From an uncultured Chitinophagaceae bacterium (lineage in GTDB: Bacteria > Bacteroidota > Bacteroidia > Chitinophagales > Chitinophagaceae): a stretch of 42,627 nucleotides of DNA. Both the position numbers and the translations under genes were made by a program. Where the stretch lies: positions 24,904 to 67,530 of the forward strand of contig CAZTCQ010000001.1 of NCBI GenBank assembly GCA_964612525.1, read 5' to 3'. Below are positions 1 through 8,920 of this stretch, piece after piece (within the stretch, counting starts at the first letter, position 1; each line of letters begins with the position of its first letter). Below the pieces are notes generated by a model, which was not told the origin of the DNA, did not search any database, and saw nothing but the letters and a program-made list of their open reading frames with translations.

Positions 1-2351
1 GTGCTGGTCGAAAATTTAAAAATTCCATTCGTCCCAAAGGAATTATCAAGGCTACCATTTGAATTTAAACGTAAGGCATAGAGTTCATTTAAGGGTAGAC
101 TAGCATTTATCTGTGCATTGCCCATAATCATAATTTTCCCATCAGGTTGCACGGTGAGTGTATTGCCTTCATCCTTAAACCCATTAATACTGAAGGTAGT
201 ATACCCATTACCGTTAAATGAATTATCTATACTTCCGTTGCTATTGTAGCGCGCCACTAATATATCTCTAACGCCATTAGATTGTCTATAACCCGAAGCT
301 ACAATCTTACCATCAGATTGAATTCTGTGCTGCCAGAAAACAGATGAATCAGGTTGAATGTTAAACAGGGCAACGCCATCTTGATTAAATGTTGAATCTG
401 GCACACCGGTTTCGAGCCAACGCATTAAATAGCCTTGACTAAAAGTATCAGGAATAATTCTAGTCATGCCAGAAATTATCGGTTTGTCATCTGATTGAAC
501 GGACAAGTCTTGAGGTAAAAAGAAAGAAAATACGGCTTGATATCTCAATATGGCCTGACCGGGCAAGTTCTGAAGATCATTAGCAAAAGTAGTGTCGCCT
601 TGTCCATCGGCTGTGTACCTAAACAAAGCAATGTCTCTATTGCGTGAAGAATTACCGTAAATGCGTCCTTTGCTATCTTGTGCAATGGAAGTATGAAAAT
701 CTCTGTTATATAGATGGTCGGCTGTTGAAAATCCATTGGTTGCAAAAGAGCTATCCACTCGGCCATCCGAAAAAAGCCTAGCTACTCGAAATCTATTTCC
801 ATTTCCGTTATGGCCGGATACAATTAGTTTTCCATCGGTTTGTTCTAGCACATCATGAATAGTAGCAAAACGATTAAAGGTTTCCAATCCATTTCTTCCA
901 AAGCTTTGATCGAGATTACCGTTATTTTCTATTTTAGAAATCAAACCTAATCTTGACTGAGCAAAAAAGTTAGTACTTGGTATTCCGGATTGTCCTACCA
1001 TTACGTAGCGGTTTTTATTCTCGGTCATACAAATCCCAAAGGAGTAATCTGCAGCCAATCCGATAGATCGATCAGCAATGCCTTGGTTTCCAAAACTATT
1101 GTCCAAGGTCTGCGAGAGATTGAAACGATGAAGCGACGTTTGAAAATTAGTATTAAGTTGACTGGTATTCGAGCCTGTCATAATTATTTTAGAATTGTCC
1201 GTAAGTAACATAAAGCGCGAGAGCCCATTAAAAATATTGGGTCTGGCATTATAAGTGCCGGCTGTTCCAAAACCAGTATCGAAGGTGCCGATTGGCGTAT
1301 AACGATACACATTGTAGTTCAATAAGTTGTTTACGTAGATTCTGTCTTGATTATCAGTTACAATCTTTCCACTGTTACCCATGGTATTGTAAGTGGCAAT
1401 TCCGTTGGCTCCAAACGTACTATCCAAAGCTCCTGTACTTTTTAAGCGTCCCATGCATAAAAAATCATTATTGGATAGTACTCGATGTCCTCCAAAAAGA
1501 ATGGTACTATCATTAATCAACTTTAAATCACCAACAATACTTTGAACCGGTGAACCAAAAATATGATAGAAGGAGTGAAAGGACCCATTGTTACCAAATG
1601 AACTATCGATTACTCCATTTTGTTTAAATTTGATAAAACTAAAACTTGAAGCATTATCACGTTTGTAGCAAGATATAATTGAGCTATCCGGCATTGCAAG
1701 TGTATGAATAGAATAAGATGGGTCCATCTCGAAGGTTGTGTCCACACCTCCCGAATTGAAACTCGGGTCAATTTGTCCATTCGGAAGATAGCGACTTTGA
1801 TAGAGGTTATAATCTGGCGTCATCATTCGGTACCGAGCGCTAACCACAATATTTTGAGATACATCTAACACCATATCCTGCAATAAAATATCATTAAAAT
1901 TAGGACTCGTAAAACTAAGTAAGCCACCTGAGCCAAACGAAGGATTGATTACGCCAAAGGTGTCAACTTGTCGAATGGTAGCTCTGCTACCTGCATTATT
2001 TTTGAAACGAGTATAGCCTACATAAAGTTTTCCGTCCGTAGATAGTTTTAACAAGTGAGCGGAAAAGTAGAGGCTAGTGTCACTAGGAAAAGTAAGTAAA
2101 CCATTATTACCAAAGCTTGCATCCGGCGTTCCATCGTGTTCGTAAGCTAATACAAAAGGGTAGTAGTAATAGTTATTTTGATAATTGCCCGTGACATAAT
2201 ATTTGCCACTAGGACTTTCTACAATTCCAGTTGAAGCTGAAATTCCAGCATTTCCGATTATGGAAATTCCGTTATTCCCAAACGAAGGGTCCAGCTGAGC
2301 TTGTGCTTGAATAGATATTACTAATACTAAAAGGGATAGAATTTTTTTCAT
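1..2351 (-). CDS. Secreted delta-60-type repeat protein, N-terminal 783 codons; the C-terminus lies beyond the left window edge
   Basis: Absent from the ORF track because it never reaches a stop. I checked every in-frame triplet from ATG 2351..2349 down to nt 3 and found no stop. It starts MKKILSLLVLVISIQAQAQ (signal peptide). It carries 14 copies of D-x-[ST]-F-[GNA]-x-x-G (DPSFGNNG, DASFGNNG, NPSFGSGG ... DNSFGTNG) spaced 48-66 aa apart, as in delta-60 (TIGR02608-like) repeats. Confidence 0.85.
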   Translation of the reverse strand, partial: MKKILSLLVLVISIQAQAQLDPSFGNNGISIIGNAGISASTGIVESPSGKYYVTGNYQNNYYYYPFVLAYEHDGTPDASFGNNGLLTFPSDTSLYFSAHLLKLSTDGKLYVGYTRFKNNAGSRATIRQVDTFGVINPSFGSGGLLSFTSPNFNDILLQDMVLDVSQNIVVSARYRMMTPDYNLYQSRYLPNGQIDPSFNSGGVDTTFEMDPSYSIHTLAMPDSSIISCYKRDNASSFSFIKFKQNGVIDSSFGNNGSFHSFYHIFGSPVQSIVGDLKLINDSTILFGGHRVLSNNDFLCMGRLKSTGALDSTFGANGIATYNTMGNSGKIVTDNQDRIYVNNLLNYNVYRYTPIGTFDTGFGTAGTYNARPNIFNGLSRFMLLTDNSKIIMTGSNTSQLNTNFQTSLHRFNLSQTLDNSFGNQGIADRSIGLAADYSFGICMTENKNRYVMVGQSGIPSTNFFAQSRLGLISKIENNGNLDQSFGRNGLETFNRFATIHDVLEQTDGKLIVSGHNGNGNRFRVARLFSDGRVDSSFATNGFSTADHLYNRDFHTSIAQDSKGRIYGNSSRNRDIALFRYTADGQGDTTFANDLQNLPGQAILRYQAVFSFFLPQDLSVQSDDKPIISGMTRIIPDTFSQGYLMRWLETGVPDSTFNQDGVALFNIQPDSSVFWQHRIQSDGKIVASGYRQSNGVRDILVARYNSNGSIDNSFNGNGYTTFSINGFKDEGNTLTVQPDGKIMIMGNAQINASLPLNELYALRLNSNGSLDNSFGTNGIFKFSTS

Positions 2352-2430
2352 GACTAAAGGGTTTCGATTAAAATTAAACTATTTGCGTTATATCACAGAG
2401 CTATTGATCTACTAAATAAATTTATTGTAC

Positions 2431-2463
2431 AAAAAAATCCGTCACCCTTACAAGAGTGACGGA
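2431..2463 (-). terminator. Rho-independent terminator of secDF
   Basis: On the minus strand, 24 nt after the secDF stop: UCCGUCAC-(10 nt loop)-GUGACGGA, a perfect 8-bp stem at 2463..2438, followed directly by U7 (2437..2431). Confidence 0.8.
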
Positions 2464-2486
2464 CCAAATTTCTTACGAATGAAAGA

Positions 2487-5400
2487 TTAAGCTTCTTCCT
2501 TCAGCGCTTTAATTTTAGCTTCTTTATCTTCTTCTTTTGTAAGCTTGTCTGATTTGTCAAGATCTACTAAAACAGGAGCTGCTACAAATACTGAAGAGTA
2601 GGTACCTGTTATCACACCAATCATCATCGCAAATGAGAAACCACGGGTTACCTCGCCTCCAAAAATAAATAGAATTAGAAGAGTAAGGAATACCGTCAAT
2701 GAAGTCATGATGGTACGACTCATGGTATCGTTAATCGCAGAGTTGATTACTTCAGTTTTGCTACTACCAGGTCTTTTGCGGAAGTATTCACGAATACGGT
2801 CAAATACAACCACGGTATCATTCATGGAGAAACCAATTACCGTCAAAATTGCCGCAATAAAGTGCTGATCAATTTCCATCGCAAAAGGAACAAAGTTTCG
2901 AGCGAATGAGAATACAGCTAAGGTTACTAATACATCATGTAGCAAGGCAATTACTGTTCCTAACGAATATTGCCAACGACGGAATCGCAATAGGATGTAA
3001 GTCATAATCAATAAGATAGAAATCAAGGTTGCGTAGATGGCACCTTTTTTCAAATCATCTGATATTGTAGGAAGTACCGTTTGAGAACTCAAGATTACAT
3101 CGGATTTGAATTTCTCAATACTCACTTCTTTCCCTAGGTAATTTCCTTTTTGAAGACCAGTATAAAGGTTATTGATAACCTCGTTCTCAACTCCTTTGCT
3201 AGGATCTTTTATTTTATAGGCCGTAGTAATATTTACTTGATTGGCATTACCGATTGTTTTTACAATAGGAAATTCGCCACCAAAGCTTTCTTTCAAATCT
3301 TTACGAACTCCTTGCGTCTCAACTGCTTTAGCCAAACGAACCGTATAAGAACGACCACCAGCAAATTCTACACCATAGTCAAATCCGTTGAAGAGAGCGG
3401 CGATACCTAAAAGGGCTACAACAGCCGAGATTATATACGCTTTCTTTCTCCACTCAATAAATTTGAAATTGAACGTTCGGAATAGTTTTTTAGATACTCC
3501 AGTGAAGTAGCTTAAATGACGCCCTTTACCAGTCATAATATCGGTAAACAAACGAGAAACCATGATACCACAGAAAAGTGATAGCAAAAGACCAATTATT
3601 TGAGTGGTTGCAAATCCAAGTACAGGTCCAAGACCAAATATGAAAAGAATTACGGCTGTAATTAAATTCGTGAAGTGACCATCCAAAACAGGAGCGTACG
3701 ATCTTTTATAACCTTCGTCGATTGCGTCTTCGTAGCTTCTGCCGTCGGCCAGTTCTTCTTTGATTCTTTCAAAGATGATAACGTTTGCATCCACGGCCAT
3801 ACCAATGGTTAATACCAAACCAGCAATACCAGCAGCAGTCAAGGAAGCGCCCAATGCGCTCAAAACACCAATCGTGAACAGTAAGTTTAATATTAAAGCA
3901 ATGTTGGCTACCCAACCACCAGAGTTGTAGTAAAGCAACATCAATATGAAAATGATTAGGAACGAGATACCAAAAGATAATTTACCTCCTTGAATCGCTT
4001 CCTTACCCAAAGTAGGACCCACCACTTGCTCTTGAACAATTTTGGCAGGAGCCGCTAGTTTACCTGTTTTTAAAACATTGGCAACATCCTTAGCTTCTTC
4101 GATACCAAAGTCACCCGTGATACTTGAGCGGCCTCCCGTGATTTGCTGACGTGGAGCCGGAGCAGAATATACTACGTCATCCAAAACGATGGCAATAGGT
4201 TTGTCGATATTTTTCTCTGTAAGTTTAGCCCACTTTACACCGCCTTTATTGTTCATCTGCATGATAATCTCGGCATTACCAAATTGATCAAAATCAGCAA
4301 ATGCTTTTTCAATCGCATCTCCATCCAATGGAGCTTTGTCGTTATTAGGAGATTGTTTTTTCAAAGCATATAATACAATAAATCCTCCTTCAGTAGCTTC
4401 TTTATTGGCTATTCCGTAAGCAAATTTCAAATCTCTTGGAAATTCACGCATGACAACTTCGTTGCGCAACAATTTATTAAAGGCAACAGTATCCGCAATT
4501 CTGATATAGGAAACTCTACATTCGTTCACTACTTTTCCAGTCTCAGGATTGTTGCGTACTTCAAACCCGCCCGCTAAGTAAAAACGGAACGGATTCAATT
4601 TTCTTGCTTTAATTTCTTTTTCAGCTTGGCTCAGTTTAGAAAAACCTGCGGTGTCCGAATCGTCACCTGCATCCGCCGTTCCTCCAAGAAGGTCAGAGAC
4701 ACTACCATCAACGGTAGAATCTTTTACGTTAGCTGTTTTAGTAATACTTTGGCTTGTATCTGTCGCACTGGCTTCAGTGGTGCCGCCTTTACTCTTATTG
4801 TACGTTTTTAATGCTTCGTCCGCATCCACAATGTTTTGCCCAATCTCATGAAGAGAGTAGGTTTCCCAAAATTCTAGGTTAGCGGTAGCTTGCAAATATC
4901 TGCGAACTTTTTCAGGATTTTGCACACCTGCCAATTCCACTGTAATTATACCTTTATCTTTTTCAGCATTTAAAGTAGGCTGACTGACACCAAATTGATC
5001 AATACGCTTAGTAATTACATTTGTGGTGCGATCAAAAGCTTCATTTGCCTCACGACGCAAAGAACTAATCACTTCTTCGTTGCTTGAATTAAAACTCAAC
5101 TTCTCAGAAGAATTCTTAACAAACAAAGGAGCCAATTTTCCATTCGGGTTTAATTCATTATAAGCTTGACTGAATAAAGTAATGAAATCAGCGCCACTAT
5201 TTGCTTTCTTTTGATTGGCCGTGCTAATGGCTGTGTTTAGAGTAGGATCTTTGGGATTGTTGCTTAGCTTGCGCACCAAATCATCAATACCAACTTCGAG
5301 TACTACGTTCATTCCACCTTGTAAGTCTAATCCAAGATTAAGTTCTTGCTCCTTACACTCCTTATAAGAAGTTCCTAAAAGAGGGTAGGCTTTCTCAGTT

Positions 5401-5612
5401 TGTTGGCTGTCCAACATGAAGCGCGTTTTGTCTAAAATAGCAAAATTGAGCGCATCGCCACTTAGATCTGGCTTTTGCTGCTTAATCTGCGAAGCCGCTT
5501 TGGCTTTGACTTTACTTTCAAAATTTCGGGTTACAAGCGTAAAAGATAGCTGGTAAAGCGAAATAAGTATCAATGCTATGGTGAAGAACCATACTAATCC
5601 TTTTAATTTCAT
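2487..5612 (-). CDS. secDF: Protein translocase subunit SecDF (fused SecD-SecF)
   Basis: 1041 aa. It has an N-terminal TM helix, a large periplasmic domain and two 6-TM RND-like blocks (..LDLQGGMNVVLEV.., ..GPTLGKEAIQGG.., ..FDRIRE..). A fused SecDF of about 1000 aa is typical of Bacteroidota. Confidence 0.93.
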   Translation of the reverse strand: MKLKGLVWFFTIALILISLYQLSFTLVTRNFESKVKAKAASQIKQQKPDLSGDALNFAILDKTRFMLDSQQTEKAYPLLGTSYKECKEQELNLGLDLQGGMNVVLEVGIDDLVRKLSNNPKDPTLNTAISTANQKKANSGADFITLFSQAYNELNPNGKLAPLFVKNSSEKLSFNSSNEEVISSLRREANEAFDRTTNVITKRIDQFGVSQPTLNAEKDKGIITVELAGVQNPEKVRRYLQATANLEFWETYSLHEIGQNIVDADEALKTYNKSKGGTTEASATDTSQSITKTANVKDSTVDGSVSDLLGGTADAGDDSDTAGFSKLSQAEKEIKARKLNPFRFYLAGGFEVRNNPETGKVVNECRVSYIRIADTVAFNKLLRNEVVMREFPRDLKFAYGIANKEATEGGFIVLYALKKQSPNNDKAPLDGDAIEKAFADFDQFGNAEIIMQMNNKGGVKWAKLTEKNIDKPIAIVLDDVVYSAPAPRQQITGGRSSITGDFGIEEAKDVANVLKTGKLAAPAKIVQEQVVGPTLGKEAIQGGKLSFGISFLIIFILMLLYYNSGGWVANIALILNLLFTIGVLSALGASLTAAGIAGLVLTIGMAVDANVIIFERIKEELADGRSYEDAIDEGYKRSYAPVLDGHFTNLITAVILFIFGLGPVLGFATTQIIGLLLSLFCGIMVSRLFTDIMTGKGRHLSYFTGVSKKLFRTFNFKFIEWRKKAYIISAVVALLGIAALFNGFDYGVEFAGGRSYTVRLAKAVETQGVRKDLKESFGGEFPIVKTIGNANQVNITTAYKIKDPSKGVENEVINNLYTGLQKGNYLGKEVSIEKFKSDVILSSQTVLPTISDDLKKGAIYATLISILLIMTYILLRFRRWQYSLGTVIALLHDVLVTLAVFSFARNFVPFAMEIDQHFIAAILTVIGFSMNDTVVVFDRIREYFRKRPGSSKTEVINSAINDTMSRTIMTSLTVFLTLLILFIFGGEVTRGFSFAMMIGVITGTYSSVFVAAPVLVDLDKSDKLTKEEDKEAKIKALKEEA

Positions 5613-5714
5613 CAGTGGTGTAGTTTGTTAAAATGCGTAATTTTAGCGTGCGAATATACGCTTTTTACCCAAAAAAGCATTTAATATGTATTTTAATGTA
5701 GCCTAGCCGCGATG

Positions 5715-8114
5715 CTACTTTTCTACAATACCTTTCCAACTGTTTCCACAGCCGTTAATTAGTTTTCCATTTTCGGTAATTTCTACCTGGGCCTTTCGTT
5801 TTACTCGTATGCTACTTCCCTTGGACATATAAACAGGGCAATCAATAATCAGCTTAGCTCGGCCTCTGAGCAAGATGTCTTGATTGACGACTTTTGCTTC
5901 GCCCTTTGGGGCTGAAAAGATTGTACTTCCGCGCAGAATTAGTGGATTTTTATCTTTAATTATGGGCAAATCCGTTTCCCATAATCCTCTGCCATACGTG
6001 GCCGCCAGTAGTTTTCCTCGACAATAGTTTATTTCCAACTCCCCAATTAGCGTATTGGGTAACTTATCACTAAATCGTTGCCACTGATACCCGCTACCTC
6101 GCTTAAAGTAGATGCCTTGATCAGTAGCGGCAAATATTGACTCATAACTTCCTTCTAAAAAAATCAAGTCCTGAATGGCGAAGACTGGCAATCCTTGTGA
6201 TGAATTCGTCCATGTTTTTCCTCCATCAGAAGTCTCAACTACCCGTACTGTCTCTTTGCACATGTCATCATACGATCCTATATAACCGAACCCAATCCAC
6301 ACCTTATCTTCATCATAGGGTGAAATACAAATACTCTGAATTCGTTTCTTTTGCCTTTTGCCATTGACGATAATATTTTTACTGATATCTTCCCAGCTTT
6401 TTCCGCCGTCCTCACTTTTGATAAGCTGTCCCCACAAACCAGACATATAAATAATCTTAGCATTAGAAGCGCAAACGTCAATAGCTGCTGCTTTGTGAGA
6501 TAAGGGAGTTTTGTGTTGAATCCATTTGCCATTTTTCTCTGGCAAATGATATAATTTTTTAGCGGCAAAAAACAAATCCCCGTCTGGATGGGTAATTAAG
6601 GTCTTTCTATTGTTCGCGTCGCCATCTACTATCCTTGTGTTGTTTTTAAACGGTACAATATCATTGGTCGAAAAATACAAACTATGAGAATTATACTGAC
6701 CGTAAACCAAGCCGGGAATATTTTTTGAGTAGGCCACATCGTATCCATCTCCTCTCACATTGTGCGACCATTTTTTTGTCTCTGGTTCAAAAGTCATTAG
6801 TGAATTATCCTGAGCTCCGGCCGTAATAACGCCTGTAAAAGGAGAAGAACCCAAACCATAAAATTGAGTAAGTTGTAACTCCCGGCCATTTAAATTTCTA
6901 AAGGTTTCACCTCCATTATTCGAAAAGGACAAACCTCCATCCGTACCTAAGTAGATATGATCTTGAGTGCCATCCACCGAAAATTTTGTAATCTGCATAC
7001 TTCGTATGTCTACGTGTGGCACGCTATTGTAGCCAAAACTATAAGGAAACATTTTTTTGAATGTTTTACCTCCATCAATTGATTTGTATAAATAAACGCC
7101 CGCTAAGTACTGAATAGATTTGTTTAAGGGATTAATTTTTAAGCCCCGAAACCAATGCAGGCTGCTGCCACTTAGTGCTCCTCGATTAGGAACCTTAGCA
7201 TTGGTAACTTTTCCTTGAAGGTAGTCATATGTGTATACAAAAAACTCATCTGAGTTATAATGACTGGCTGAAAGTAGGAGGGTGCCATTCCCATTCGGAT
7301 TGATTTGAATGGCTTCAAAACCATTTTGGTCAGTGCTTGTTCTTTGCTCATTCAATAGTAATGGTGTTAAATCTTTAATCGAACCATTGTCAAGAGAATA
7401 GGTATAAAGTTTGGCATTTTCGTTACCTCGAGAAGTAAATTTTTGCTTGGTGCTAAAATAGAGGAGTGCTTGTTTTGGCTCATAAAAAATACGGCGAATT
7501 TCTCTTTCTTTCAGTTTCAATCCTCCGACGATTGTTTTTTCTTTTAGAAGTGGCTGCCAACTTTCACCCTTGTTTTTTGATAAATAAATACTCTTATTGC
7601 TTCTTACAAACAATAGGTTTTTGTGTTGAAGAAATTCAAAAAAAGCAGGTTGAAATCGTTGCTCGGCTCCTTGAACTTTTTTCTGAACCCATGTTTTACC
7701 TCCGTCTGTTGATTTTAAAATTCCAAAATTCGGTGTGTCATACCATTCATTATTGCTAGCGGTGGCGATTAATATCTCATACGGCCTTTTAGAATAATCC
7801 ACAATAATATCATTCACACCAATAATGGGGGCCGGAGTTTGATCTGTCAGGCTACTCCAACTCTGGCCGCGATTGGTGGTGTGCATTAAAGCTCCCGTAG
7901 GGCTCGCGACAAAAATCTCATTGGAATCCTTGGGGTTTATGCTCATGCAAATTACGTTCCCAAATCGTTGATGCATCAATTCATCATCTGTGTTTACTGG
8001 ACCCAAAAATTGCCAATTGGCTTTTTGATTACTTTGATTAAAACAATCGTAGTCAAACTGTGCAAAAGCATAGGAGTTACAAAGTGTAAAAAGTAGACAG
8101 AGAAATAATCGCAT
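5715..8114 (-). CDS. Secreted BNR/Asp-box repeat protein (sortilin/VPS10- or GH74-like beta-propeller)
   Basis: 799 aa with signal peptide MRLFLCLLFTLCNSYAFAQ. It has seven S-x-D-x-G-x-[TS]-[WF]-type Asp-boxes (STDGGKTWVQ, SIDGGKTFKK, SEDGGKSWED, TSDGGKTWTN, SNNGGETFRN, TNRGQSWSS, SKNKGESWQP). No T9SS C-terminal domain is recognisable. Confidence 0.8.
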   Translation of the reverse strand: MRLFLCLLFTLCNSYAFAQFDYDCFNQSNQKANWQFLGPVNTDDELMHQRFGNVICMSINPKDSNEIFVASPTGALMHTTNRGQSWSSLTDQTPAPIIGVNDIIVDYSKRPYEILIATASNNEWYDTPNFGILKSTDGGKTWVQKKVQGAEQRFQPAFFEFLQHKNLLFVRSNKSIYLSKNKGESWQPLLKEKTIVGGLKLKEREIRRIFYEPKQALLYFSTKQKFTSRGNENAKLYTYSLDNGSIKDLTPLLLNEQRTSTDQNGFEAIQINPNGNGTLLLSASHYNSDEFFVYTYDYLQGKVTNAKVPNRGALSGSSLHWFRGLKINPLNKSIQYLAGVYLYKSIDGGKTFKKMFPYSFGYNSVPHVDIRSMQITKFSVDGTQDHIYLGTDGGLSFSNNGGETFRNLNGRELQLTQFYGLGSSPFTGVITAGAQDNSLMTFEPETKKWSHNVRGDGYDVAYSKNIPGLVYGQYNSHSLYFSTNDIVPFKNNTRIVDGDANNRKTLITHPDGDLFFAAKKLYHLPEKNGKWIQHKTPLSHKAAAIDVCASNAKIIYMSGLWGQLIKSEDGGKSWEDISKNIIVNGKRQKKRIQSICISPYDEDKVWIGFGYIGSYDDMCKETVRVVETSDGGKTWTNSSQGLPVFAIQDLIFLEGSYESIFAATDQGIYFKRGSGYQWQRFSDKLPNTLIGELEINYCRGKLLAATYGRGLWETDLPIIKDKNPLILRGSTIFSAPKGEAKVVNQDILLRGRAKLIIDCPVYMSKGSSIRVKRKAQVEITENGKLINGCGNSWKGIVEK

Positions 8115-8176
8115 GAGTACGAATATAAATCTCTTCTTGGTTTTAAGATTCTAGTGGTACGTTAAACCTGTTAACC

Positions 8177-8902
8177 TTAAGAATTTGAATCAGCTATTTT
8201 TTGAGGCTCTTTCTCAAAAATAATAGGAAAATCTTTTTTTGCTTTTTCTCCCATTCCTTCTTCCGAAAAATCTAAAAAATACCCCTCGGAAATCATTCCT
8301 ATAAAATCTCTTTCTTGGGTGTGCGTTTTTAAATAATGTTCTTCAAAAGAAAACTCCAATGGAAAATTCACATTCAAAAAGGAAGGCCTAAACATACAGT
8401 ACATTCCGCTCAGGCGCAATCCGCTTTTATTACTTTCACCAGTAACAAATTCGCTAACAAAATTTTCCTCATTTAGGTTAGCCGTTAGTTTAGATTCATT
8501 ATTTTCTTTGTGAACAAGAGCTAAGGTCACATCGCCCATTTTTGTTTGTTGCCATGCGATAAAGTCATCCAGGTTCACGTCAAAAAAAGTATGACCATTC
8601 ATTATCAGCACATCCGGTGTGTCGGAATATTGCAAAGATTGTAATACGGCATGGCCACTACCCAAGTATTTTTCTTGTTCAGCAAAATCGAAAGCGAAGG
8701 AAAACGTCTCTCGATTAGAAGAGATGTAAGATTTGAACTCTTCTTTTTGAGTACTAATTGAAAAGATTACTTTACAAATATGAAATCGTCTGAGATAGGC
8801 TGACAGGTAGCTGATAAACGGCTTTCCATTTATCTCTCTCATGCAGTAGAGCTTACCTTCCTTGTCAGTTTCATGGCAAAGTATGATACAATCTTTATGC
8901 AT
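8177..8902 (-). CDS. Nucleotidyltransferase-fold protein (sugar-phosphate NTP-transferase-like) with degenerate active-site loops
   Basis: 241 aa. The layout CIIL..(12)..INGKPFISYL...GSGHAVLQSL...VLIMNGHTFFDVNLDDF matches HddC/RmlA-type NTP transferases. The G-x-G-T-R-L loop reads CHETDKEGKL, and the NGD motif reads NGH. Confidence 0.6.
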   Translation of the reverse strand: MHKDCIILCHETDKEGKLYCMREINGKPFISYLSAYLRRFHICKVIFSISTQKEEFKSYISSNRETFSFAFDFAEQEKYLGSGHAVLQSLQYSDTPDVLIMNGHTFFDVNLDDFIAWQQTKMGDVTLALVHKENNESKLTANLNEENFVSEFVTGESNKSGLRLSGMYCMFRPSFLNVNFPLEFSFEEHYLKTHTQERDFIGMISEGYFLDFSEEGMGEKAKKDFPIIFEKEPQKIADSNS

Positions 8903-8920
8903 AATTTCTGATTTTAAAAA

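Noticed and set aside
4626-4851. Two overlapping plus-strand ORFs antisense to secDF
   Set aside because: They coincide with the locally GC-rich low-complexity insert of SecDF. They are short and have no independent support.
5645-5666. Hairpin AGCGU-N8-ACGCU followed by T5 on the plus strand, between the BNR gene and secDF
   Set aside because: The T-tract is on the wrong strand for the minus-strand genes here, where an A-run follows the stem. The stem is only 5 bp.
6278-6568. 96-aa minus-strand ORF in an alternative frame inside the 799-aa BNR gene
   Set aside because: It is fully embedded in a well-supported long CDS on the same strand. It has no distinctive features.
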